A DNA stretch of 44,950 bases from the IMG/VR virus record IMGVR_UViG_3300048850_000147, positions 1 through 44,950 of that record; one strand, given 5' to 3'. Shown here piece after piece: positions 1 through 8,715 of this stretch. The notes below the pieces were generated by a model. That model was not told the DNA's origin and did not search any database. It was given only the letters and a program-made list of their open reading frames with translations. Both the position numbers and the translations under genes were made by a program. This DNA comes from a virus (Duplodnaviria > Caudoviricetes). Positions within the stretch are counted from its first letter, which is position 1. Every line of letters begins with the position of its first letter.

Positions 1-1563
1 ATGCTGACCGACGCGAAGGCGAAAGCCGCCAAGCCTCGCGACAAGGCGTACAAGCTCGCCGATGCCGAGCAGCTCTATTTGCACGTCTCCACGTCGGGCA
101 GCCGGCTCTGGCGGATGGACTATAAGCACGGCGGCAAGCGCAAGACGCTGTCGTTCGGCGCCTATCCCACAGTCACCCTGTCGGACGCCCGCCGCAAGCG
201 CGACGATGCGAAGGCGCTGATCCGCGACGGCTTCGACCCAGCCGTCGAGCGCCGGCTTACCGCCAAGGCGCAGGAGGCTGACCACGAGGCGACCTTCGAG
301 CGAATCGCCCGGCGCTGGTGGGAGCGGAACAAGCCCCGCTGGTCGGCACGACACGCCGACGACGTGATCCAGTCGCTCGAGCGCGACGTCTTCCCGGAGA
401 TCGGCGGCCTGCCGATCGCGCGACTGCGCGCGCCCCGGATTCTCGACCTCCTCCACCAGATCGAGCGCCGCGGCTCCGTCGAGACCGCGAAGCGCATCCG
501 CCAGCGGATCTCCGGCGTGTTCGGATCCGCGATCGCGATGGGCATCGCGGACAGCGACCCGACCGCCAGCCTCAAGAACGAGCTCCAGCCGGTCACCCGG
601 CGCAGCAAGCAGCCGGCGATCACGGACCTCGACGGCGTGCGCCGGGTGCTCACCGACGCCGAGGCGACGCCCTCGCACATCATCACGAAGCTGGCGCTGC
701 GCCTGCTTGCGCTGACGGCCGTGCGCCCGGGCGAGCTGCGCGGCGCACGCTGGGACGAGATAGAGGGCGTCGACTGGACCCGGCAGCTGTACGGGCCGTA
801 TCTCGCGACCTGGACCGTTCCTGCCGCCCGCATGAAGGGAACCCTGGCGCGTAAGGAAGAGACCGGCGGCGACCACGTCGTGCCGCTGTCGATGGAAGCG
901 ATCGACGTGCTGCTGGCGATGCGGGACATCACCGGCCGGCTGCCGATGATCTTCCCGAACCAGCGCAGTTCGCACCAGCCGATGAGCGAGAACGCGATCG
1001 GCTACCTGCTGAATCGCGCCGGCTACCACGGCCGGCACGTCCCGCACGGCTGGCGCGCGGCGTTCTCCACCATCATGAACGAGCGAGCGAGCCGGGAGGG
1101 GAGGGCAGGTGACCGCGCCGTCGTCGACCTGATGCTGGCGCACGTGCCCAAGGACAAGGTCGAGAGCGCTTACAACCGTGCCGCGTTCATGCCGCGCCGG
1201 CGGGCGATCGCGCAGGAGTGGGCGGCGCTGCTGATGGAGGGGAAGCCGAACGCCGCAGCGCTGGTCGACCGGCCGTACCGGGATCCCGTGGTGGGGGAAT
1301 GGAGCGCCACCCGCCGCGAGTTCATGGACTGGGTCATCGGCCGGGCCCTGCCGCTGTTGCCGGATCACCCGGCCGAAGCTGTCGAGGCGTTCCTGGCCGA
1401 TACCGAGAAGTATCAGTGCGGACGGCAGACCCTGTTCGGGCCCGGCCGGCAGGCTGCGCTTCGGGATGCTCTACGCGGCGCACTGGCGGCTGGACGCACC
1501 GACGACGTCGAGCGGATCATCCGAACAGCGCCGGACCTTGCCGTGGAGCCTGCGGCCGGCTGA
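1..1563 (+). CDS. int: Tyrosine integrase, P4/IntA-type with N-terminal arm-binding domain and a ~95-aa C-terminal extension
   Basis: MLTDAKAK..KAYKLAD..GAYPTVTLSDAR arm domain; catalytic R (VRPGE), HGWR, LAH and AYNRA motifs. Confidence 0.95.
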   Translation: MLTDAKAKAAKPRDKAYKLADAEQLYLHVSTSGSRLWRMDYKHGGKRKTLSFGAYPTVTLSDARRKRDDAKALIRDGFDPAVERRLTAKAQEADHEATFERIARRWWERNKPRWSARHADDVIQSLERDVFPEIGGLPIARLRAPRILDLLHQIERRGSVETAKRIRQRISGVFGSAIAMGIADSDPTASLKNELQPVTRRSKQPAITDLDGVRRVLTDAEATPSHIITKLALRLLALTAVRPGELRGARWDEIEGVDWTRQLYGPYLATWTVPAARMKGTLARKEETGGDHVVPLSMEAIDVLLAMRDITGRLPMIFPNQRSSHQPMSENAIGYLLNRAGYHGRHVPHGWRAAFSTIMNERASREGRAGDRAVVDLMLAHVPKDKVESAYNRAAFMPRRRAIAQEWAALLMEGKPNAAALVDRPYRDPVVGEWSATRREFMDWVIGRALPLLPDHPAEAVEAFLADTEKYQCGRQTLFGPGRQAALRDALRGALAAGRTDDVERIIRTAPDLAVEPAAG

Positions 1564-1587
1564 CGGTGGGACATCACCGGAAAATGA

Positions 1588-1622
1588 AGAGGGCTGGCCG
1601 CGAGGCTGGCCCTTTTCTGTTT
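1588..1622 (+). terminator. Intrinsic terminator between int and the convergent early operon (possibly bidirectional)
   Basis: AGGGCTGGCC-GCGA-GGCTGGCCCT hairpin (GNRA loop, G:U pairs) followed by TTTCTGTTT; purine-rich run on the 5' side. Confidence 0.7.
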
Positions 1623-1646
1623 CCGCGGCTGGTGCCCATGCGGGCG

Positions 1647-2018
1647 TCACATGCCGGGCACGAGAGGCGGTACGCGGGTGAGCTCGCCCGCCTCCAGGAA
1701 CCTCATCAGCGAGTCCCACTTCGCCTGGCGAGCGGCCTCTATCGCAGCGTCCGCCTCCCTCTCGACGGCGCGTAGCCGTTCCAGCAGCTGGTCGGCATCC
1801 ACATCCGGACGGATCGCGCCGGCAATGTCCCGGTAGGACAGCGCGCCGTGGCAACGGATCCCGACGGTGGTGTCGGCGAGCGCGGTGATGTCGCTGACGA
1901 TCCACCCGCCGCCGCACCGGGCAAGCACGCGCTCCCCGACCTCAAACCCGCGGTTGTTCAACCGCAACTTACCACCGGGCCGCGTCTCGCCCGTGCTGGG
2001 CGTCAGGATGTCAACCAT
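1647..2018 (-). CDS. Hypothetical phage protein
   Basis: 123-aa ORF, last gene of the coupled leftward operon. Confidence 0.65.
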   Translation of the reverse strand: MVDILTPSTGETRPGGKLRLNNRGFEVGERVLARCGGGWIVSDITALADTTVGIRCHGALSYRDIAGAIRPDVDADQLLERLRAVEREADAAIEAARQAKWDSLMRFLEAGELTRVPPLVPGM

Positions 2019-2109
2019 GCCGCTCCGCCTCAGCCGGCCCGGTCGTATCCGCGTAGTGCTGCCGGTCGCGCAGGACTTGCTTGCCCATGCTGGTGTAGCG
2101 CGGGGTCAT
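2011..2109 (-). CDS. Small hypothetical protein (32 aa), possibly a remnant
   Basis: ATGA overlap with the upstream gene at 2106-2109; fills the gap in the operon. Confidence 0.35.
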   Translation of the reverse strand: MTPRYTSMGKQVLRDRQHYADTTGPAEAERHG

Positions 2110-2309
2110 GCGGATGCGTCCTTGATCTCGGCCGCAGTGGCTGAGCGCCTGGACACTGATGCAAGGATCGGCAGCTTTTCGATCTCGGCCCGTCCCACAG
2201 CGAACGAGTGCCGATAGCTCCACGACCGGTTCGCGCTTGGCTCGGGCGATGTCGGGTCGCGGCCATCAAGATAGCCGTTGACCATCTCTTCGTTCGCCAA
2301 GTCGCTCAT
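2106..2309 (-). CDS. Hypothetical phage protein (MSDLANEEMVNGYLDG...)
   Basis: ATGA coupling at both ends. Confidence 0.6.
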   Translation of the reverse strand: MSDLANEEMVNGYLDGRDPTSPEPSANRSWSYRHSFAVGRAEIEKLPILASVSRRSATAAEIKDASA

Positions 2310-3952
2310 CCCTCGCGCCCCTCCCGTGCGGGCTGGGTGCAAACGGCGGCACGCAATGCCCTCACCCGGCGCTTGTCTTCGTCGGACAGATAAGGCTTGG
2401 CGAGTAAGGCGTCCGCCATCGCAGCTTCCTCCACCGCCTCCCGCTCCGTCCGCCCCGCCTGTTGCGAGGGTGCAAGCACAGCCGCCAGCGCCCGCGCGGC
2501 ATCCCGCTCCAGTGTTATCTGCTGGTCGCCCTGAACGATGTAGGCATAGCTCGCCAGCAGCACTTTCACCGGATAGCCATTGCCATTCGCGATCGTGGTC
2601 GCATACGGCCCCAGAGGCTCCTGTTGCGAGGCGCGCGGCATCGCGGCGAGGGCATAGTGAGCGAGGCGCTCGAACGTGCCCCGGCGACCGCTGTCATCAA
2701 GCGTCCCCGGCTCGTCCTCGCTCTCCCACATGGCTTGTGCCACCCGCTCCACGTCCTCCGCGTCGGCGCGCTGCGGGGTAGAGAGAAGCGAAACGAGGTA
2801 TTCAACGTCAACGCCGCCCGTACCCCGCGCGTATGCGCTTTTCATCTTGAACCCACGTCGGTCGCCGTTGCGCAACAAGGCTCCGGACAGGCCCTCTAGC
2901 AGATCGAAGATGCGATTGTCTGTGGACGCTGGTGGCGATGCAGCGAGACGGCGACCGTGCGCAATCGCCGCCATCATCTGCCAGCGGGTAAACTGCGCGC
3001 TGTCGTCCGCCTTGTGGTTGTAGAGTAAGCCTAGTTCGCGAGCGTCAAGATGTTGCCAAGGCTCCACGTCCGCCGTTGCGTCACCCTTATCCCCAACTTC
3101 GGGGAATTGTGGGGCGCCGGCATCAATCGCGGCGACCAGATCGCGCAGCTTGAAGCGATGGTTTTCGTCGATATGCCCACGCCCCGATCCGCCGGGATTG
3201 CCCTCGGGAAAGGCCATCTCTGACCGCGCCCATTCGATCAGCCGCTCCACGTCCTCCGCGTCGGCGCGCTGCGGAGTGCAACGGGCGTCGATCGCGGCGG
3301 CAAAGTCACGGTGCCACTGGTCGGGATCGTGGTCGCCGCTCATCATCCATTCTTGGACGAAGGCGACGGTGGATTGCGCAGCGACGGGACGCTGCGGGGT
3401 GGGGGCTGCGGCGAGGTACGCGCGGCCAGCGGCAGTGATGCGAACGACGCCGGTGTCGCTGTCGGTATCGTGACTGACCGACGTGAACCCCCGCTGATTT
3501 GCGAAATTGAAGGTGTCCGGCTCGCGCCCTTCATGCTCACTGCAAAAGGCGTTGACCCAGTTCCACTTGGAGTCGGTCGCGTCCTGCTCCCCTCCTGCCG
3601 CCGCGAGGATTTCGAGGAACATCCGCAACCGATCGACTTCCCCCGGGGCCTGTGGGGCGGCGGCGAGCAGCGTGTGATCCTCGGGATGGTCGCGCGCTTC
3701 CTCAAGGGCGATGTCAGGGTTGTCGCTGTCCTCGATCGCGAGCGCCATCAGCACCTCCGCGTAGAGCTTGGAGGCATCGAACCCGGTCACTTCGGGCGCA
3801 TTTCCGCCTGCCATCACGGACAGCATCAAGCCGAGCGTGGCGAGCGTGCGAACGCGACCTGCATCCAGCTCGGCGTTGCGTCCGGGCCATGCCTCTTCGC
3901 TCCCCGCCACGGCGGCGTTGGAGTTCGTGCTTTCGGGTATGAACTCGGTCAT
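2306..3952 (-). CDS. Large mosaic early protein built of modules joined by repeated linkers (Ead/Ea22-like architecture)
   Basis: Start MTEFIP is coupled to the DUF1643 stop (ATGA); repeated TPQRADAEDVER linkers. Confidence 0.7.
   Translation of the reverse strand: MTEFIPESTNSNAAVAGSEEAWPGRNAELDAGRVRTLATLGLMLSVMAGGNAPEVTGFDASKLYAEVLMALAIEDSDNPDIALEEARDHPEDHTLLAAAPQAPGEVDRLRMFLEILAAAGGEQDATDSKWNWVNAFCSEHEGREPDTFNFANQRGFTSVSHDTDSDTGVVRITAAGRAYLAAAPTPQRPVAAQSTVAFVQEWMMSGDHDPDQWHRDFAAAIDARCTPQRADAEDVERLIEWARSEMAFPEGNPGGSGRGHIDENHRFKLRDLVAAIDAGAPQFPEVGDKGDATADVEPWQHLDARELGLLYNHKADDSAQFTRWQMMAAIAHGRRLAASPPASTDNRIFDLLEGLSGALLRNGDRRGFKMKSAYARGTGGVDVEYLVSLLSTPQRADAEDVERVAQAMWESEDEPGTLDDSGRRGTFERLAHYALAAMPRASQQEPLGPYATTIANGNGYPVKVLLASYAYIVQGDQQITLERDAARALAAVLAPSQQAGRTEREAVEEAAMADALLAKPYLSDEDKRRVRALRAAVCTQPAREGREG
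2744..3274. repeat. 33-bp perfect direct repeat (2744-2776 and 3242-3274)
   Basis: CCGCTCCACGTCCTCCGCGTCGGCGCGCTGCGG occurs twice; partial copies near 3061 and 3391. Confidence 0.9.
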
Positions 3953-4488
3953 GCTTTGATCCCTCCGGCTGGTGCCCACGGCCGCGGGCTGATGTCGTGG
4001 GAGATGTAGAGCGGGTGCCTGGGGGCGCCGCTTTTGTTGGTCGCGAGGCACAGCAGCTGGGCGCCATCGCGTCTGGCGAGGTTCAGGGCCTCGGCGTCGC
4101 GCCCGCGGTGCGTGCCGTGCTCCCCCCAGCCGCAGATGACCTGGTCGCCGGCAGCCACGGCGCCGGACAGAACCTCGCCGATGATCCGGTCATTGTCTGG
4201 CCCGATCGGGTGGGCAGCGCGCTTCATCACACGCGGATCCGTTGCGCGCAGGGCGAACAGGTTGATGACGCGCACGCCACCCATGCCCCAAGCCCGCGCG
4301 CGGCTCACCAGCCCGGAGATCGTGTTGTCGAGCTGCTCGTGCGTGGCGGTGCTGGGGTTGAGCATCCACGCGATCAGCAGCGGCTGGTCGGACCAGCGCC
4401 AGGTGAGCAGGTAGCGGTACGCCTCGCAGTCGCTGAAGGTCGCCGAGCAATGCATGCCGCTGAGGTCGGTACGCTCGAGGACGATCAT
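3949..4488 (-). CDS. DUF1643 family protein
   Basis: YRYLL.W, MLNPSTA..D.TI, NLFALRATDP, WGEHG and PRHPLY motifs. Confidence 0.88.
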   Translation of the reverse strand: MIVLERTDLSGMHCSATFSDCEAYRYLLTWRWSDQPLLIAWMLNPSTATHEQLDNTISGLVSRARAWGMGGVRVINLFALRATDPRVMKRAAHPIGPDNDRIIGEVLSGAVAAGDQVICGWGEHGTHRGRDAEALNLARRDGAQLLCLATNKSGAPRHPLYISHDISPRPWAPAGGIKA

Positions 4489-4817
4489 GCGCCCTTCTCC
4501 AACTGCTTGATCGTTCGCGCCCGCCGAGCCACCTCCGGCCGCACCACCTTACCGTTGCGAGCGTGGTAGGAAAGGGAGCCATGCTCGACCCAGCCGGCTG
4601 GCAGCTCGGGAATGCCGTGCCGCAAAAGCGGCTCGATGTGCTCGGGATGGTCCGCCAGGTATGACACGAGGTGTCCGGCCGTTTCGGCGCCGCCCACGCC
4701 GGCTGCGGCGCTGAAAACCTCCGCCACTTCGGCCAGACGCTGGATCGTCCGCTTCGCGATCGTGGCATCTGCCTCCGCGCGCTCGCGCTCGGCGCATGCG
4801 GTGTCGAGGGCGCTCAC
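4485..4817 (-). CDS. Hypothetical phage protein
   Basis: 110-aa ORF with 4-nt overlaps on both sides. Confidence 0.65.
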   Translation of the reverse strand: MSALDTACAERERAEADATIAKRTIQRLAEVAEVFSAAAGVGGAETAGHLVSYLADHPEHIEPLLRHGIPELPAGWVEHGSLSYHARNGKVVRPEVARRARTIKQLEKGA

Positions 4818-5386
4818 GCCCGCACCTGGTCGATGTTGCTGAGCACGACGCGGAACGTCAGCGCGACCACCAGCGGGTTGTCCTCCCAGCGCTCGCCAGG
4901 CTTGGTGTGGAGCGAGGACCAGAGGCTCGCGAAGGACTCCCGCTGACCGAATGCCCGGGGGCCGTCGTCATAGGTCTTCCACCCGCCCGCCTCGCGCTCG
5001 ATGCCTTCAGCGAGCGCATCTCCAGCGCTAATCGCCTGCAGCGGCTCGACCTTCACGCCCTCGACGATCAGCGTCAGGCGCGACGCCCAGCGGGGCATGT
5101 GGATCGAGGGGCGGTATTTCGGAAACGCGGGGAGGGCGCTGGTCGCGCGGGCGACGGCTATCTGCTCCACGAACTCGGTATGGCTGGCCCGCTCGTGCGC
5201 GCGGTACCGGACCTCCACAACGTCGCTGAACACGCCGCCGCAGGTCACCGCCTCCCGCACATAGAGCCGGTCGCCCGGCTGGACCCTCCGCAACGGCGAG
5301 GTTGCCAGCCGCCGCGTCTGAGTTTTGCGGCCGGCGTGCAACGCGCGCACCATAGGCGCCGAGAAGATGATGGGGCGGTCCGTCAT
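4814..5386 (-). CDS. Conserved phage protein, ASCH/PUA-like
   Basis: RPIIFSAPMVRAL..GRKTQTRR, GDRLYVRE, PSIHMPRWASRLTL and W..NP.V motifs. Confidence 0.75.
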   Translation of the reverse strand: MTDRPIIFSAPMVRALHAGRKTQTRRLATSPLRRVQPGDRLYVREAVTCGGVFSDVVEVRYRAHERASHTEFVEQIAVARATSALPAFPKYRPSIHMPRWASRLTLIVEGVKVEPLQAISAGDALAEGIEREAGGWKTYDDGPRAFGQRESFASLWSSLHTKPGERWEDNPLVVALTFRVVLSNIDQVRA

Positions 5387-5661
5387 GCTGGTTCTTCCCA
5401 ATGGGCATTGAGGATGCGGGCCACGCGCTCAGCGATTTCTTGCGGTTGCCCGCAGTACCCGCTGACGATCAGCGTCGGGAAGCGGAGGCCAATGGACGTA
5501 CCCTTATCCGTCTTCTTGGGAGGCGGCTGGTAATGGACTGCGAACGTCTCCTGTTCACGATCCTCCCTGTCCAAGTTCCGCAGGTAGGCGGTTGCCTCGG
5601 CAGTCCAGCTGACATGCTCCCCGGCCGTCGACTTGCTGCTGTCGACTTCTGGATTGCTCAT
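5383..5661 (-). CDS. Hypothetical protein
   Basis: Coupled ORF; start either 5661 (ATG) or 5667 (GTG). Confidence 0.55.
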   Translation of the reverse strand: MSNPEVDSSKSTAGEHVSWTAEATAYLRNLDREDREQETFAVHYQPPPKKTDKGTSIGLRFPTLIVSGYCGQPQEIAERVARILNAHWEEPA

Positions 5662-5663
5662 GC

Positions 5664-5828
5664 TCACTGCACCCTTCCTTCCTGCCAGCAATGCTCGCGC
5701 ACCTCAAAGGGCGGACGGTGCGACTTCTCGACCATGACGAAGCCCGCGCGGGTCGCGGCCTGGCGCGATCGGCGGACGGTGAGGCGGTGGCCCGGAGCCA
5801 CATGGATCTCGCCGTATTCGGAGGGCAT
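5664..5828 (-). CDS. Small hypothetical protein (54 aa, MPSEYGEIHV...), not in the ORF track
   Basis: TGATG coupling to the DUF5131 stop; fills the gap exactly. Confidence 0.5.
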   Translation of the reverse strand: MPSEYGEIHVAPGHRLTVRRSRQAATRAGFVMVEKSHRPPFEVREHCWQEGRVQ

Positions 5829-6802
5829 CAGCTGGGCGCGCCATCGTGCTGGACGCCGTCGAGCAGACGCCCGGCCGTCTTTTTGCCGACGCGCGCAGCA
5901 TAGTGGACCCGCTCACCGTGGAAGCCGGTGCCGCCTTCCAGGTTCAGCCATTGCCCGGGATGCTTCCGCGCCTGCTCACCGCACCTCCGCCAGTCCGGAT
6001 CGTCTCGGTCGCGGTCATAGTCGAGCGAGTGCTCGCCCCACTGCTTGAACAGGAAGGGCACACCGGCGTCGACGCACTGGTCGCGCAGGGACCGAGCCCA
6101 GTCAGGGTGCATCGGCCGTGCGCCGGGACCGCTCTCCCCGCCAACGATTACCCAGTCGAGCGCGGCGCCCCGACCTCTCATCGGATGCAGGACGCCATGA
6201 TCACCGGTCAGGGCGTTGAGGTTGGTGATCCCCTCCACGTGCAGCATCGTGAGATCGATCGCCCCGAGCAGCGGCTCCATCGACAGGAACCGCACGCGCG
6301 CGGGCGTCGCCAGCAGCTTCGGCGCGTCGCGGTCGGCCTCAGCCTGGTTGACGATCGTCGCGCCGAGCCAGACGTTCGGATAGAGCCGCTCGAAGTCGAA
6401 CGGCACCGGGAGCATGTTGGCGACGTTGCCGATCCGCTTCGTCAGCAGGAGCCAGTCGAGATCCGGCGTGGCGCGGATCAGTTCGAACAGGTCGCCACGC
6501 CAGGCCGGATCGACGGCGTTGTCGAACACGTCGGCGAGGCTGGCGCAGAACACGCGCTGTCGGCGGCCGTGCGCCGCCTGGAACGCCTCGGCATCCGCCT
6601 GCCAGCGCAGTGGCTTGCGCCAGTTGCTGGCACTGGTCCGTCGGCGCTCGGCGCCCGGTCCCCAGTTCGGCGCAGTGCCACCGCCGAAGCGCGCGTTGCG
6701 CGTCTCCGCATAGCAGTGATCGCAGCCGGGCCCGACCTTCTGGCAGCCCTCCCAGGGGTTGAAGGTGTGGTCGCACCATTCAATCGCGGTGTTCTCAGCC
6801 AT
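5828..6802 (-). CDS. DUF5131 / phage Gp37-Gp68 family protein (three-Cys, radical-SAM-like)
   Basis: TAIEWCDHTFNPWEGC.KV.PGCDHCYAE, VFCASLADVF, LLTKR, FLSMEPLLG, WVIVGGESG and PFLFKQWG motifs. Confidence 0.92.
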   Translation of the reverse strand: MAENTAIEWCDHTFNPWEGCQKVGPGCDHCYAETRNARFGGGTAPNWGPGAERRRTSASNWRKPLRWQADAEAFQAAHGRRQRVFCASLADVFDNAVDPAWRGDLFELIRATPDLDWLLLTKRIGNVANMLPVPFDFERLYPNVWLGATIVNQAEADRDAPKLLATPARVRFLSMEPLLGAIDLTMLHVEGITNLNALTGDHGVLHPMRGRGAALDWVIVGGESGPGARPMHPDWARSLRDQCVDAGVPFLFKQWGEHSLDYDRDRDDPDWRRCGEQARKHPGQWLNLEGGTGFHGERVHYAARVGKKTAGRLLDGVQHDGAPS

Positions 6803-6980
6803 GAGGTGATCTCCCGTCCCGGCAGAGGGCGCAGCGGCCGCGCACGAGCCGCGGGCGGTCGTATCCGCACTCGTCGCACTCGCCCGGCTCGCCGGCTGGT
6901 ATCGGTGCCCGCGCGGCGGCGATGCTGCGCGCGAGGTGCTCGTCCTGGATCAGCTGCGCGTCGTCGATCACGTCAGCCAT
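6795..6980 (-). CDS. TraR/DksA family C4 zinc-finger protein
   Basis: N-terminal DxxDxA motif (DVIDDA); CDEC...CALC. Confidence 0.8.
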   Translation of the reverse strand: MADVIDDAQLIQDEHLARSIAAARAPIPAGEPGECDECGYDRPRLVRGRCALCRDGRSPHG

Positions 6981-7200
6981 GCTGGGCGCCCTCGATGCGA
7001 TTCTCGCTGACCTTCTCCAGCCAGCGGTTGACCTCGCTCTCCTTCCAGCGCGTCGAGACGCCGCCGGGCTTGAGCGCCGCGGGGAAGCTCCCCTCGCGCA
7101 TCTTGCGGTAGATCATCGTCTTGCCCAGGCCGACCATGGCCGTCACCTCAGGGAGGCGGAGGAGGCGGTCGGGCAGATCGAAACGGGCAGGCGCGTTCAT
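6973..7200 (-). CDS. AlpA family regulator / probable recombination directionality factor
   Basis: RLLRLPEV...GL.KTMIY...EGSFP...W.ESEV..WL motifs. Confidence 0.9.
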   Translation of the reverse strand: MNAPARFDLPDRLLRLPEVTAMVGLGKTMIYRKMREGSFPAALKPGGVSTRWKESEVNRWLEKVSENRIEGAQHG

Positions 7201-7215
7201 TGCGGCCGAGGCTCC

Positions 7216-7416
7216 TTAGCGGTGTGAACTGGCGCGGCGCGGCCGCGCAGGGTTCAGGCGGGCCGCGTAGGGCCAGCCGAAGAACAGGACGCCGGCCGCG
7301 AACACGGCGAACGATCGCCAGTCGCTGGCACCGGCCGCGGCGGCCGCGCCGAAGATCATGCAGGCGAGGAACAGCGGCAGCCAGGCGGATGGCTTGGCGG
7401 GGGCGGTGCGGCTCAT
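7216..7416 (-). CDS. Small membrane protein
   Basis: 66 aa with two hydrophobic segments. Confidence 0.55.
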   Translation of the reverse strand: MSRTAPAKPSAWLPLFLACMIFGAAAAAGASDWRSFAVFAAGVLFFGWPYAARLNPARPRRASSHR

Positions 7417-7541
7417 AGCTGGGCTCCCAGCGCGCGGGCGATGGTCAGGGCTGCGGCGATGATGGCGGCTGCTATCGGCAGCGCCTTCTCGATCAGCCAG
7501 CGGTCGCGGTCGGCGTCGACCGGGTGGAGCGGCTCAACCAT
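7413..7541 (-). CDS. Small single-TM peptide (42 aa, MVEPLHPVDADRDRWLIEKALPIAAAIIAAALTIARALGAQL), not in the ORF track
   Basis: Overlaps both neighbours (ATGA coupling at 7413-7416); hydrophobic C-terminal half. Confidence 0.5.
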   Translation of the reverse strand: MVEPLHPVDADRDRWLIEKALPIAAAIIAAALTIARALGAQL

Positions 7542-7800
7542 AGAAGCTCTCCCAGAGCAGTACGATCGCGATCCCGACGGCGACGATCTCCAGCCCGAAC
7601 CATGCGATGATGATCCGCAGCAGCATCGCGCAGATCCAACGCTCCCGACGCGTAAGCTCTGGCCCGGTAGGCTTTGCTTCCTGCCACTGCACTCGCATCA
7701 GCGCGGCGTTCTGGGCGGCGGCAGATGCGCGGAACCGCCCGAGCTCTGCCACGAAGCGGCGGCGCGCGGCGGCCTGTTGGGGCGTCTCCGGCGCAATCAT
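7534..7800 (-). CDS. Hypothetical protein with C-terminal TM segment
   Basis: 88 aa, coupled; hydrophobic C-terminus. Confidence 0.55.
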   Translation of the reverse strand: MIAPETPQQAAARRRFVAELGRFRASAAAQNAALMRVQWQEAKPTGPELTRRERWICAMLLRIIIAWFGLEIVAVGIAIVLLWESFYG

Positions 7801-8168
7801 CGCCCGGACACCTTGCGCAGGAGGGCGTCAGCTTGGGCGGCAGCGCCCGCCTCCAGTTCCTCGGCCAGCCGGATCAGCGTCGCCGCGACCACGCGTGCGT
7901 CAGACGCCGACACGCAATAGGCCATGCCCATGCCCTCGGAATGCACTTCGCAGGGCGGAGGCGGGGTAAGCAGGATGATGGAGATGCAGCGCGCGCCGCC
8001 GTCCACTTCCTCGACGCCGGTCAGAAAGTCCGACACGCCGATGACCATGTGCTCACGGCCGCGGTGCTGGATCAGGCACGGCTCCATCTGAACCGCTTCA
8101 TTGTCCAGGATGACCACGTTCGCGTCGTCGTCGGCCGGGACGCGAGGGCCGGGGGTACGAGCGCTCAT
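7797..8168 (-). CDS. Hypothetical protein
   Basis: 123 aa, ATGA coupled. Confidence 0.6.
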   Translation of the reverse strand: MSARTPGPRVPADDDANVVILDNEAVQMEPCLIQHRGREHMVIGVSDFLTGVEEVDGGARCISIILLTPPPPCEVHSEGMGMAYCVSASDARVVAATLIRLAEELEAGAAAQADALLRKVSGR

Positions 8169-8629
8169 GCGATGAGCGCCTTTGCACCGTAGGCGCGAAG
8201 CAGGCGTTCGGCGGCGATCCGCTCATCGTGTGCGATCTTGACCTGCCGGCCGATTTCCGCGTGCTGACTCATCAGCTCCTGCTCGCGCAAGGTTGCCGCG
8301 TTCACGCGGTCCAGGTAGGTCCGCGCAGATTCTCTGGACGGCTTGGCAACGCGGCCTGCCCGCCGGTGGATGTCGTCACTGATAGCGAGGAGCATCGCCT
8401 CGGCCGTCCAACCATCGCCCAGGCGATCGCAGCGCGCCTTCACTCTGGCGAAGAGCTCCCCCTTCTCCATCTCGAGCGCGGTGCGGCGACGGTCGTTCTC
8501 GGGCAGCTTTGACGCCCGCTCCGTCAGGTCACGGATCTGCAGGGCGGTTGAGCGGAAATCCTCGATCGTCTGGGCGACGCGGGGATCGGGTTCTTCGGTC
8601 TCGTGAAACACGACGATCGTCGCCTCCAT
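8165..8629 (-). CDS. Hypothetical helical protein, first gene of the PL operon
   Basis: 154 aa directly downstream of the PL promoter. Confidence 0.65.
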   Translation of the reverse strand: MEATIVVFHETEEPDPRVAQTIEDFRSTALQIRDLTERASKLPENDRRRTALEMEKGELFARVKARCDRLGDGWTAEAMLLAISDDIHRRAGRVAKPSRESARTYLDRVNAATLREQELMSQHAEIGRQVKIAHDERIAAERLLRAYGAKALIA

Positions 8630-8661
8630 CTGCGCCGCAAAACCGCGCGGCTGATAGAGGC

Positions 8662-8715
8662 AATATGTAGGGCGTACCCTACTATGTCAAACGATAATCG
8701 TAGGGCGTGCCCTAC
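8662..8715 (-). promoter_or_regulatory. PL promoter with two operators (OL)
   Basis: Minus strand TTGACA(8690-8685)-17 nt-CATATT(8667-8662); operators GTAGGGCGTACCCTAC at 8667-8682 and GTAGGGCGTGCCCTAC at 8700-8715. Confidence 0.85.

Noticed and set aside
2744-3274. CRISPR array or diversity-generating retroelement repeats
   Set aside because: Only two full copies 498 bp apart, in frame within a CDS; no cas or reverse transcriptase gene in the window
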